Shown here piece after piece: positions 27,134 through 39,569 of a stretch of 64,000 nt of DNA. Position 1 is the first letter of the stretch; every line of letters begins with the position of its first letter. The notes beneath the pieces were generated by a model. The model was not told the DNA's origin. It saw only the letters and a program-made list of their open reading frames with translations, and did no database searches. A program made the translations under genes and the position numbers. The DNA is from Balanoglossus misakiensis (Eukaryota > Animalia > Hemichordata). The stretch is from contig CM082577.2 of NCBI GenBank assembly GCA_040954595.2, positions 14,205,903-14,269,902 of the forward strand, given 5' to 3'.

Positions 27134-28566
27134 AATTCTACCTCGTTATCACGTACTTTCAGGATCACGTGAGACAGCATTGCGGCTGTGCGAAATTCAG
27201 TGCGTTGACGGTTTTGCGCTAGGCAAGACGAGTTTTGACCATGCTTGTCGAAACTTCAGGTAAATTCTTTTTGTTAGTGGTTTTTGTTTCGTACATAATT
27301 CATTTTGGGTGAATATTTTGTCTCTTTCGCCCATTTTATTTTACGGAATTCAGACGTACGTAGTACGTGTCATACTGAATGTAAAGCCCACGTTGTACGT
27401 AGTACAACACTACACGTGTGTGTAACAATGGATGACGCCATTTTGTATCTTGATACAGGGTCGCCTGTCAAGATGACGGATCCTCATGGTGCTGAGATTT
27501 CAGTGAAAGATAATAGTCAGGGTTCTACCAGGAGTAAGAAGTCGTCATCAAGTAGTGGGCAAAAACGTAAAGCTTGTGGTGGTGGTAAACCATGTACCAG
27601 TAAATCGAAAGGGTCGAAAACAAACACATGACGCAACGAGTGGCGATGCCCTCGCTAATGAGCTTCGAAATTTTGGAACAACAATGACGGCGGCATTGTC
27701 TAGCTTGCAAGAGAACATGACTAAATCATTAGTAATGTGTTGGTTGATTTAACAGACCCTTATAATGATGAATACGACGACTATGAACATGAACCACCAC
27801 AGAAAGGCCAATGCATTGATACGGACATGGCGGTTGACAATTTATTGTCGGGTAGTCACGAGAAAACTACCGAAGTACGTAGTAATAATACTGGAGAATC
27901 TGAGCAGCGTGGATTGCTGAGTGATATTGCTAAAGATTGGAAGATACAAGAAGAATCTGCTCCTAGCATTGATTCGCAATTGGCATCTATTATTAACACT
28001 CTTGTGAGAGAGAAACAAGCTGATGATCATATTGCCGACAAGTTGAATAGATATATTCGTCCAGAGAACTGTGATTATTTGGTTACTACGAGAGTGAACC
28101 AGTTGCTTTGGGATCAGATTAAACCTGAGACTAAAACTGTTGAAGTTAAACTTCAAAAAGTACAATCAGCTGTTATTAAAAGTATGATAGCTATGGTCAA
28201 TGTCGTTGACACTTTGTTGAAATCACATAATGATGATACTGTATCTGCGGACAAACTTGATCTCAAACAATTAAAACTGGAACAGATGCAATAGCCCTAA
28301 GTGCACATGCAAATTATGAATTGAATATGAGAAGACGTCAATTTATTAAGCCAGATTTGCATCAGAATTATAGACATTTGTGCTCACCGTGTATTCCATT
28401 CACGTCTGTGTTTTTTGGTGACGAGTTGTCTAAACAACTAAAGGATTTAACTGAGGTCAATAAAGTTGGCCAACAGATATCTAATATTAGAGGAGCTGGA
28501 AAAGCCAGATACAGAGGGCAGTATGGTAGAGGGTATCGTGGTAGACCCTCCCAGAATACTAGCTAG
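27134..28566 (+). mobile_element. 5' remnant of a DIRS1-type retrotransposon (frameshifted gag/ORF1 only)
   Basis: ORF pieces 27428-28566 (RPENCDYLVTTRVNQLLWDQIKPET...LNMRRRQFIKPDLHQNYRHLCS...FFGDELSKQLKDLTEVNKVG, RG-rich tail) align by eye with the gag at 62876-63901. The left end resembles the ICR sequence at 59835-59870. Confidence 0.82.
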
Positions 28567-29097
28567 AAGGTTCGTTTATTTTTTTCTATTACTCATGAAC
28601 ATGTTGTTTAATGGTATTACAAGGCTGTTTGTTCACTCTTTTTATATTGGTTTCGATAAACTGTAACATGCATACAAACGTATGAGCTATACAATAATGA
28701 ACATGTATGCGTTCAACTCCACCTCCCTTGAGAAGATCAACAAGTATCAGGGAAATTCGAGCAAGCATCACAGAACAAGATAAGACCACGATATTCTACC
28801 ACCATTAGGTACCTGTGGGATGCTTCGCTTCATGAAATAAATAACTGATTAATAAACCATAATTTTAATCCTAACGAGATGTCTCCTTTCTTATTTATTC
28901 CTACCCCATCAGGCGATTGCCAAGAGAACTGTAGGTTTGTAACAAAAATGACACCGTTTGCTATCCTTTTCTCTTAAGCCACGTTTGGCTATTTTTTATT
29001 TACTGATATCTACTGGAAATCATTACAGAAGTATTACAATCACACCTCCTGGAAATCGAATGGTCTGCTCCTAATCCGAAGGAAGTTACTGCAAGGG

Positions 29098-30530
29098 CAT
29101 GGGGGGGGGGGGACTCACGAACGCTGCCCTCTAGTGGCTACTAAATTGACCAATCAGATTGCAGCATTCTGGCTCACTCATATGCGCGTCTTGTCGACAG
29201 TAAAGGCTCGAAAAACCCCGTTTTTGAACAGAATGTGATCATAGAAATAAATCACGATCACAAATTCAGAAAGTTACATTATGTGTGAAAAACCAGACAT
29301 TTTTTCCCGTATGATACTACATCTGTGTTTATTTTACGGAGAGTTGAAATTGACAAACCCAATCTTAAAGTAGGACCTTAAAAAAGTTAATTAGCTGTGT
29401 TTTGGGCATTATTGCATGAAAACGGTCGGGGCGATATCCATTTAAAAAGCATTTTTGAGTTTTTCTTCATCATAACAATTTAAAAACATGAAAGCGCTTC
29501 TAATCGCCTCTTTCTAAAACCCCGTATGACCGTGTTGAATTCCACGCCCGAAAGTGGGTAGTATTTCAGCGACTCCCATAGACAACGTGTTTGGCACACG
29601 GATATTACAGAGTACGCAGCTCGAGTTAACAGATACAAACAGGCGCAAATTATTTTGTCTACGCAATATTCCAATTAGAATTGTGATCAAGTATCTTACA
29701 AAATATCAAAATCACTCATGGCCCTGCGTTAGACCTAGCTATATATCAGGGCTATATATAGCGAACAAGGTCGCCTGAGTCTGCTCAGAAGTAGCAGTAC
29801 AGTGTGTGGAGACGTCGACGTGAGACACACCACCGGCCCTGCCACACTGAGCTCTTAGCTGTACCAGTCGGAAACAAGTCAGTAACAAATCGTTACGGCA
29901 CTTAATCTTCTCGGTTCGGCCTTTAATTTACACAAACCCGGCCGTTTCGGCCCAGACGCAAACCGATTCTGCAACTTGCAGTTCAGTAAAGTTGGCGAAC
30001 GGGATAGTCCAGGAACGCCGGGAGCAGGGCTAGCGAACGGGACAAAACGACATACTAGTAATAAAAGCGAGCGTGTTGTCAGATCGGTGGGACTGTCATG
30101 TCATGAAGAAATTACGATCCCGGGATTACGATAGGCATGAAGGGACATTATAACATGCGAGCGTGAAACTGGCATGGAAACGATCGACAGTACGGTATTT
30201 AGCACAGTGACAGTGGGTAGAGCGAGCGAGTTGCATTTTACCACGTTTGTTTACAACACACAGCGACTTGACCTGTGGCCGGCCGCAGCCCCTCGACGCG
30301 ACCTAATCCAAGCAGGTTACGATCTCGTGGATCGTGGTTTGACTGACAAAAATAACAAAGAAACAGAACCAAATTAGGAAGTATTATAGGTCTGTCTCCT
30401 TGAAGTCGAATATTGTGCAAAACACAAGGCGCATCAAACGTGTTGCCCAGACTCCAGACTCCGGAAGTTAGCAGTTCGCTTGAAAATTAACCAATGTGCT
30501 TTGCGGCGCGAGTCGCCCCCCCCCCCCTTG
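29098..30530. mobile_element. Non-autonomous DNA transposon (1433 bp), CA(T/A)G(n) TIRs, 9-bp TSD CTGCAAGGG
   Basis: Left end CAT-polyG-ACTC and right end GAGTCG-polyC-TTG. CTGCAAGGG lies at 29089-29097 and 30531-30539. No long ORF. Confidence 0.78.
29123..29138 (-). promoter_or_regulatory. CTCF-consensus-like motif GCCACTAGAGGGCAGC inside the transposon left end
   Basis: Reverse complement of GCTGCCCTCTAGTGGC fits the CCASYAGRKGGCRS core. Binding is not shown. Confidence 0.4.
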
Positions 30531-30736
30531 CTGCAAGGGCATACACCACTGCTCTATTCATGTCGCTGGCTGCGCTGTGCTACAAGAACATTGTCAGGTA
30601 TGGGCCGCCAAAGGGCAATGACATTTTACATTAAAGAACAATTTAGGAGCTTAAGGGGCCTTCAGGTCAGTGTACTTACATGAGAACTGGCATATCGTAG
30701 GATCAGTGTCTTGTAAGCAGAAATTCAGTTACCACT

Positions 30737-33700
30737 ATGACAGCCAAGAAACGTGTGGCTATCATTGGTGCAGGGGTTTCTGGCCTCGCGTCGATCAAAA
30801 GTTGTCTGGATGAAGATGGTTTGGAGCCGACTTGTTTCGAGAGACACGGCAACATAGGTGAGAAAGTCTGAAAGAAAGGGGTGTGACTACTAGCCTCTTT
30901 AGAAATCCACCAAAAAATCTGTTGAAAGAAAACAATGGTTTTGATCGTGGAAGCGGTTAGTTGATGATGATAAGACCAAATAAAAAATATGTGCTGTTCC
31001 GATTGTTTTCATATTTTTGGCCGCCATAGTGTAGAAGAATGACGTCATAGTTATTGCGTGATTCTCACAATTTTCATTGAATTTTGTATATTTGACATCG
31101 TTAATTTTACTTCAGGTTTACGAAGCTCTAAAAAGTTTAGGGACAGCGAGCTAAAATTGGGGTAAGTCGGGTAATCGGGACTGCACATATTTTTTTTTAT
31201 TTGGTCTAATCACATTGTAGTCACGTTCTTCTTAATGTGAATGAATAGTGTACAGATTTGTTTACCCTGGATCACCTTGCCTCGGATGGCTGTTTTGCAT
31301 GGCCCTACTTCTGAACGACCTTAGTTCAGATTTTACAAGGGAGAACCAACGTTTTCCTGGTCATTCGTATAAAATAATTGTGTTCAGTATCAGCATAAAC
31401 GTGTTCTTCCGCTGTATTGTATCGGTTGTTTACATGTACATGTATTTTTCAAAACAAAAAGTTTGGACAATGGATTTACTTGCTGTCTATTATAGTTCTC
31501 ACATTTAAGGTACACTATCTGTAACTTCTGACCTTTTCTGTACTTCATTAATTGTTCCCTAAGGCAGTGTTAATTGTGTATTTTTGCAACATAGCTCGTG
31601 TGTACACAATCAACGGTGTTATGGTGGTATAGTCGGTGGGTTCATAATACTGTACCACTGCCTTACAGATATGAACGTGAACCAACTATGACAACTCATG
31701 ATCAATTGTGCCCTGGATGGGCCAGAAAATACGCGTGCCTTGTATCAACACATGCCAATCAACACTATTTATACGAACTCATTTTTTGTTACTTTCTTTT
31801 CAGGTGGATTGTGGTACCACACACCTGAGTTGCGACCTGAACAAGGGGGCGCCATGTATGATTCTTTTGTGACCATCATAAGCAAAGAAATGTCCTCCTT
31901 TTCCGATTTTCCATTTTCAGAAGAATATCCACCCTATTTTGGTCACCGCCTCAACATTAAATATTTGCAAGAGTATGCAGCCCACTTTGACCTCGAGAAG
32001 TACATTAAATTCAATACAAAGGTGACCGAACTCGAAAAGTATGACGGGAACGAATACTGGAGGCTCCATCTGCTGACCAATGACGGCACAACTTCTGTTG
32101 AAAACTTCGATTACGTCATGGTGTGTACTGGTGCATTAAGCAAACCATATACTCCGGTCTATCCTGGTCAGGAAAACTTCAAGGGAATAAAGATGCATGG
32201 GAATGAATATCGGGAAAGTAGCAAATTCCAAGGGAAGAAAGTCTTGGTTGTCGGTAAGACAAAATCGACGTTCCATCACACCTACACGTACCTACCTAGC
32301 CAGTGTTATTGCTGAGTTACCTCTTTAGGAACAAAAATATCACAGATTAACTGAATTACACGCAGTCAATAGCTTTGGAGAAATTGTGTGAAATAGCAAA
32401 TTCACAATTCACAAAATTGGCCATTGCACCTACAGATTCGAGTTACCCCAAGTCAAAAGCTTTGGCGGGAATTTTGAATAGCCAGACTTTTTTTAAACAA
32501 ATATTTTTTTCAGATGTTATATATTATTCTTTCTGCAAATGGAAAGGTCTTGATCGAGTGCATTTAAAAGTTGGACTGCTTTGATGCGTGAAGAGTGTAA
32601 TCTTAGTTATATGTGTCTTCTAGACATTTAGTGGTTAAACTTTAATTACATTTGAATAATTTATTGTCAACAAGCATAAATGCAACAAAAGAGAGGCATA
32701 CAGAATGAATAAACTACTTCATATGTTAATAAAACCGATTAAATCATTTTACAGGCGGTTCCTTCACTGGTTCGGAAATTTCTTGTGAAGTCGCTCGTAA
32801 TGGTGGACAGGTTCGTAAATGACTTCCTCACAAATTATGGCAACCTTACAGGATTGTGAAGCTTTATGCTATAACCACGCGTACCTTTTCAAAATTCTAT
32901 ATTTTGTGTAGAGTAAACAATGTACGGTTTAAGTGGTCCTGAAACGTCTCAGATTTGAGACGGCTCTGCCGGCCAGACCTGAGCCGGTGTAAGGATTAAC
33001 ACCTCTATGCAACCAATTGTGTTTGGGGCTATGCCTCGGCGCCTATTCATAAACTGTATGTGTGTGTGGACACAACGCAACTCAAAGGATTAATGCTCTT
33101 TGTTTACCACATGGAAAAAGTGTCACACATTTTGAACCTGGTATGTGTGTGACCCCCATACTATTCCACATTTTCGACTACCAGGACACACTCCCCATGA
33201 TAACTGGCGCCCTTCTTTCCAGGTATACTTGAGTATGCGCCACGGTGTCTTATTTCTTCCACGCGTAGGACGAGATGGCGTACCAGCTGACATGGCCATT
33301 CTGACACGTTCAGCAACGAAGTCGCCGTCAAAACTATTCTCAATTGTGCAAAAGTTATACGGAACCAGAGTATGTGACCAGAATGTATTCGGTCTTCATG
33401 TATGTATACTATACCATTCTGTATATGTTTGTGTTTTTCTAACAGAGTGTGATATATTAGCCAGAATGCATTGTACATTACCAACGTAAATAATACGTTT
33501 GATATCAGACGTTGATTTTGACGTCACTCTGAAACGTGTATGTCAATAGCAATGATTTTCTTGCCCTCTTTGTGCCGTTTGCGTCTATGTCCGCTTTATT
33601 GATTGAAGTAAAACTTGGGAGTACGGAAGATTTGTCAAATTCTCACATTTTGTCTCAATCTCATCAAATTAAATAGCTTTATATCATACTTTGTTTAATT

Positions 33701-35009
33701 ATTACCCTTTTTCAGAGCAAAGATGTAGATCCCACCCATTTAGACTTCATAATCAGCGATGACATGCAGGACCGGATTGCACAAGGTCAAATCACACGTG
33801 TGGTGGGAATTGAAGAGTTTCAAAACAATGACGTCATACTGAAGGACGGCACTACATTAGAAAATATCGATGTCGTTATTTTTGCTACGGGATATGAATG
33901 GGACGTACCTGTTATTGACAAACGATGGATTTATGGTAATTACATAAACAATGTGTAAGGCAGTAGCCAAATTTGCTAAGCTCATATTTTCCTGCAGCTG
34001 ATACCAGTGAGTATGTCATTGCAAGAAATTGGTGTCATATCAATACGTGACAGTGAAGCCGTTTACTAAAATCTATTGTGAAGTAAACTTGCCATCACTT
34101 GCCTTTACAGATGAATCAGACAACGTCGTCCTGTACAAGTATGTATTTCCAGCACGCCTTGAAAACCCAGAGCGACTGGCTTTAATACACATGGTGCCGG
34201 TCAAGGGGCCAAATTCACGCAAGATTGGCGGCAAGAGTTTTTGAAGGGAAAATTGTTCTGCCTGATAGAGCAACAATGCAGAGAGACATCGACCAGAGGC
34301 CAACAAATATCAGAGGAAACAAAGCCATTGGCGTAAGGGTTTAGTATTTAACACTCTGCACACTCAATGATGCAACGTGAAATTCAGCCTCTTTCAGAAA
34401 TTGTAGTCTCATTTATCCTTACTACATAAAAGCAAATATTTTGTTTTCCACTTGAAAATGTCAGGCATGGGTGCCATTTTGGTAAAATGACTTCGTTAAT
34501 GTTTACTGGACGGCCAAAGGACAAAAAAAAATTAGAGACACAGACTGTCCTGTGTCTCGGATTAAAGATAATTACGATTTCAGAAATGAGATCTTCTTTA
34601 TAATATACAGTGTTACGAATTGGTTGCGAATATTATACTGTACCATTTTCGCTGTTCTCTTTTCATTAGCTTACATCATGCATGGTGTATCACATCATTA
34701 TAACATACAATGTTATAACATATTTTCTCTCCCGTTTTGAATTATTTGTTTATGTATTTTATACACAGCTACCATTTTGTACAGTGATTGAAGAATCAGC
34801 TGAATTCCTTGGCGTTAAACCATCTTTCTGGAGTCTTCTTCTAAAGGAATCTTAAACTAGCAATGCTGTTTGAGTATGGCCCTATGGTTCCTTACTGGTA
34901 TCGTCTGCAGGGACCAGGTGCATGGTCTGGTGCAAGGGATCGTATCGTGAATGCTCTACCGAACACATTTTCTGCGTTGAAAGGTTACCATTCCTTTGCA
35001 GAAAAGTAG
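30737..35009 (+). pseudogene. FMO copy 1, 7 exons, disrupted in exons 6-7
   Basis: Exons 30737-30857 ([13 protein letters not shown] motif), 31804-32253 (FKGIKMHGNEY, FMO motif), 32755-32810, 33223-33399, 33716-33935 (FATGY), 34111-34332 (deletion and frameshifts after VKGP), and 34769-35009 (+1 frameshift giving TAA after LLKES). Confidence 0.88.
30973..31207. mobile_element. MITE (about 235 bp) in FMO copy 1 intron 1
   Basis: Imperfect ~32-bp TIRs: AGACCAAATAAAAAATATGTGCTGTTCCGATT and AATCGGGACTGCACATATTTTTTTTTATTTGGTCT. Confidence 0.7.
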
Positions 35010-36023
35010 TGATATGTGTATGATTGGTCCCCAGTCCATATGCGAGGGGGTTATCACAGTTTTTGGTACAAAAGAAAACACAACAAAACAAATACAAGTC
35101 TTTGGCTCTAAAATCACTGACGAATTAGTCATACGTAACACAGTATAATGATGTTTTGAAATTTTACAACACTGAGTCTCTAAGTTTAAAGGCGTTACAT
35201 ACAATATTAGAAAACGAAAATATCTTTTTTTTATGTTTTTGTTAAATAACTTCAAATTGTTCTGGTAGATACTGTTTCCATAAATTATCATATAAAGGAC
35301 ATATTAATACGACGTCACATTAATGAAACACTTGTTACGATCTGCATAGAGGTCGAATATGATTTTAAAGGTCAATAAATCCAGAGCTCGGGAATGTCGA
35401 TGTCTGGTAGTACATGTATTTGATTTTATGTATTTGGAGTAGATAAGTGTTGAACTGACTGTTCTGTTTGTCAATCATCATCGAACTAACTTTGTTATAT
35501 AACGCTTTATGTAAATTGATAGTTGAATTGCTTCCCAATGAAATTGTAAACACATTGTTTATGCCATATTTTACATGTTTAACCACGCCTTGAGAAAAGT
35601 AATTATAAGAGAACTTTGTTTACAAAGTTGTAAGAGAATAATCTAACGGGAGATGGGAGTATCTCAGGCTACTGAGCTCGTTCCCTTCCTCACGTACTTT
35701 ACTGGGCGTATTTGATGTACTAGAGTAATTCTCGGCAATAAATGAACGTGAATCAGATACGTGTCTCCGTGGATAACTGTTCTCGTCAGAGCCCGTTACC
35801 TCATCGCTACAAATTTCCCGATGTATGAACAACAATATGTGCACAGAAAACGTATGAAGTTAAGGGGCTCTTTCACCGTTGTTTCCTGCAAGTGCACATG
35901 TATCACAAATAACTCTAAGAAGCGGAAAGTCAAGGGGCCATAACATGGCCTACATTATACATGGTGACCTGACAAAACTGCCAAAGAAGAATCAATCATT
36001 CTTGCGGGAATTCAGATATCACT

Positions 36024-36144
36024 ATGACAACCAAGAAACGCATGGCTATCATAGGTGCTGGAGTTTCTGGTCTGGTATCAATCAAAAGTTGCCTCGAAGA
36101 AGATGGTCTGGAGCCGACCTGTTTTGAGAGACACGACAAACTTG
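36024..36144 (+). other. Orphan FMO exon 1 (copy 2), intact, 121 nt, phase-1 donor
   Basis: [41 protein letters not shown]|GTAAG. No exon 2 occurs before the next exon 1 at 39570. Confidence 0.85.
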
Positions 36145-36789
36145 GTAAGCGAGTGTGAAGAAAGGGGGTGTGTCATGAGACTCATACATGAACCCCTTCT
36201 CGTGTTTAGAGTGAATTTCATGTGTATACTTTGGAATCGACCGATAACATAGGGTTATTCACAAAATACAACCCTGTATGGACGGGGGCTTAGTGAGTGA
36301 CGCGTATTAGCCGAACCACAGGCGAGTCTGTTCTGCCTGTGGTATGGATGGCCTTCGGGAAAATTGTTCTCATGTCTATAAAATCGTGTGTTTACATTCG
36401 GCAAGTGAAAGGTCAAATAGCCAAGCGCGTCTCCCGTATTGGGACTTCACGTCTACGCGTACAGTACGGAAGTTTATTGTACGACCCATAGTCCCCAGGT
36501 TGGCAGTTGGCGTATGGTAACATAGTCTCGGTTGCCCAGACCCCTCTGCTTCTTCCGTTGGCGCTCCAGAAGAAGCATATGCAATGTGTTACAGGTTTTG
36601 GAGTCAGAAGAACTAGAAAAGGGGGACCAACTGTAATTATAAAACAAGTTCATCAGAAGAGGTCATATTTGTGATGACAAGTCAGTGTTACACAAACATG
36701 CTTAGTTCAATTACCTGAAATTCCTGTGTACAAGTATGTCTTAGACAAACCAAAGTCTGGCCATCTGTAAAGTCCCAGAGTTGCTTGGA

Positions 36790-38360
36790 ATGTGCCCTGA
36801 CTTCATGAAATTAAACTTAACTAGGTTTGTGAAAAATGTTTTTGTACCCGGGGTCATTTTAAACGGACGTGCATCAACGTCAGGCAATTGGACTTAGCTA
36901 GGTTTGTGTGAAATGCACTTGTACCCGGGGTCATTTTTAATGTGCCCTCACTTCAGGCAATTGCACTTAGCAAGGTTTGTGTGAAATGCACTTGTACCCG
37001 GGGTCATTTTAAACGTGCCTCAACTTCAGGCAATTGGACTTAGCTAGGTTTGTGTGAAATGCACTTGTACCCGGGGTCATTTTTAATGTGCCCTCACTTC
37101 AGGCAATTGCACTTAGCAAGGTTTGTGTGAAATGCACTTGTACCCGGGGTCATTTTTAATGTGCCCTCACTTCAGGCAATTGCACTTAGCAAGGTTTGTG
37201 TGAAATGCACTTGTACCCGGGGTCATTTGAAACGTGCCTCAACTTCAGGCAATTGGACTTAGCTAGGTTTGTGTGAAATGCACTTGTACCCGGGGTCATT
37301 TTAAACGTGCCTCAACTTCAGGCAATTGGACTTAGCTAGGTTTGTGTGAAATGCACTTGTACCCGGGGTCATTTTTAATCTGCCCTCACTTCAGGCAATT
37401 GGACTTACATGTAGCTAGGTTTGTGTGAAATGCACTTTTCCCCGGGGTCATTTTTAATGTGCCCAACCTTCAGGCAATTGGACCTAACTAGGTTTGTGTG
37501 AAATGCACTTGTACCCGGGGTCATTTTAAATTTACCCTCACTTCAGGCAATTGGACCTAACAAGGTTTGTGTGAAATGCACTTGTACCCAGGGTCATTTT
37601 AAATTTACCCTCACTTCAGGCAATTGGACTTAGCTAGGTTTGTGTGAAATGCACTTGTACCCGGGGTCATTTTAAATGTGCCCTCACTTCAGGCAATTGG
37701 ACTTAGCTAGGTTTGTGTGAAATGCACTTGTACCCGGGGTCATTTTAAATTTACCCTCACTTCAGGCAATTGGACTTACATGTAGCTAGGTTTGTGTGAA
37801 ATGCACCTGTACCCGGGGTCATTTTTAATGTGCCCTCACTTCAGGCAATTGGACTTAGCTAGGTTTGTGTGAAATGCACTTGTACCCGGGGTCATTTTAA
37901 ATGTGCCCTCACTTCAGGCAATTGGACTTAGCTAGGTTTGTGTGAAATGCACTTGTACCCGGGGTCATTTTAAATTTACCCTCACTTCAGGCAATTGGAC
38001 TTAGCTAGGTTTGTGTGAAATGCACCTGTACCCGGGGTCATTTTTAATGTGCCCTCACTTCAGGCAATTGGACTTAGCTAGGTTTGTGTGAAATGCACTT
38101 GTACCCGGGGTCATTTTAAATGTGCCCTCACTTCAGGCAATTGGACTTAGCTAGGTTTGTGTGAAATGCCCTTGTACCCGGGGTCATTTTAAATGTGCCC
38201 TCACTTCAGGCAATTGGACTTAGCTAGGTTTGTGTGAAATGCACTTGTACCCGGGGTCATTTTTAATGTGCCCTCACTTCAGGCAATTGGACTTAGCTAG
38301 GTTTATGTGAAATGTTCTGGAACTCAAGGTAATTTTAAGTGTGTCCTAACTCCAGGAAAT
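36790..38360. repeat. 73-bp tandem satellite, about 20-21 copies
   Basis: Unit GTACCCGGGGTCATTTTAAATGTGCCCTCACTTCAGGCAATTGGACTTAGCTAGGTTTGTGTGAAATGCACTT, with copies starting at 36921, 36994, and so on. Edge units are degenerate. Confidence 0.95.
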
Positions 38361-39569
38361 TATTTTAAGCATTTTTTAATTTAATATTTACTGCTTTATG
38401 TTTTCTGTTTTTTATTTGATATTTACACCAATGACTTTTTATCTTTAGTTTTTAGAATACAATTAGTGTGTTTTAGTTGTTACTTAATGTATTCCATATG
38501 TATTTCCTAATATATTCAGTTTTACATACAATAAACATTTTAATAATGAAGACAATTTGTTTTTCTGTTTTGTTTAATTTCTTCTGATGACAGAATAAGT
38601 TAAAGTGTGTTTGAGTTACTCTTGTGTGGGGGAAATGAAACAAACGGATGTGATTGATAGTTTTTATTGTGTGTGTTTTTGTGTTTTGTTGTTTGAACCA
38701 AGGAATCTTACAAGGTGCCCCCAAATGGAAGTGGATGCTTAGTATAAATCTTCTCAATGTAGTCAATGTATGGATAACGGCACTGTTATTGTTCTAAAAC
38801 GGTGTTCAGGTCCAAACTCATAACTGCATTAGCTAACACTAACAATCATGTGTATGTGGTCACTATAAATGACTTGGTGATGGTGTACTGAAAACTTGCC
38901 ATCCTGGGATAATGAAGAAAGGGCAATACCAAAATGCAATTGGTACATGAACTAAAACATATGGAAAAAAAAGTAAGAATCTACAGTAAGTTGTCAACCT
39001 TCTGAATCACAATATACTTACTATATATGGATTTCACCTCTGACATGTAGTGATGCAGATTTCTCTTGAAACTCTCACTACAGTGAATAGTCGACTTTCT
39101 AACCCACATTGCACACATTATCTCTAAGGTAAACATGAGGACAACAACACTGTTAAATGTAGGGATAGTTGAATGCACTGTCCCTAAGTGAATGCATTAA
39201 CTCCACCTCCGTCGATTATTATCTGGGGCAGACTTAGTCCTCATTGAAAACAAATGCATGAATGACCTTCCCACAATACTCTATTCCGTCGAAGGGCAAA
39301 CAACAGCGTCTGGGCGCAGATGTAACTACAACACAGGCACAAAAGGTCACACAAGGACTGGGCATTGTGCTCTGTCGACCACTGTGTCGTGTGTGCTCTG
39401 AGTTAATATGACCTACATTCTCTTGGATAGTATCCGGTGAATTTCAACACAGTTTTTCTATGTCGATGTTAAAATCAGCAAGTTAGGGGACTTCGAGGCA
39501 AGTGTCTGCTCTAGAAAATGACCATCGTAGAATCACCTCATTCTTAACGGGTGTTTAGTTCATAGCGCT

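Noticed and set aside
15662-29074. Inverted match TAAGGAGAGAACCATTCGATTTC (15662) with GAAATCGAATGGTCTGCTCCTAA (29052-29074) as ends of one 13-kb element
   Set aside because: No TSD was seen and the interior is unrelated host and TE sequence. These are more likely separate fragments of a common MITE.
36790-38360. CRISPR-like array
   Set aside because: Units repeat end to end with no unique spacers, there are no cas genes, and the context is eukaryotic.
39307-39323. GTCTGGGC as the right TIR partner of 36523
   Set aside because: A homologous sequence lies upstream of FMO copy 5 (about 49311-49330), so it is FMO flanking DNA.
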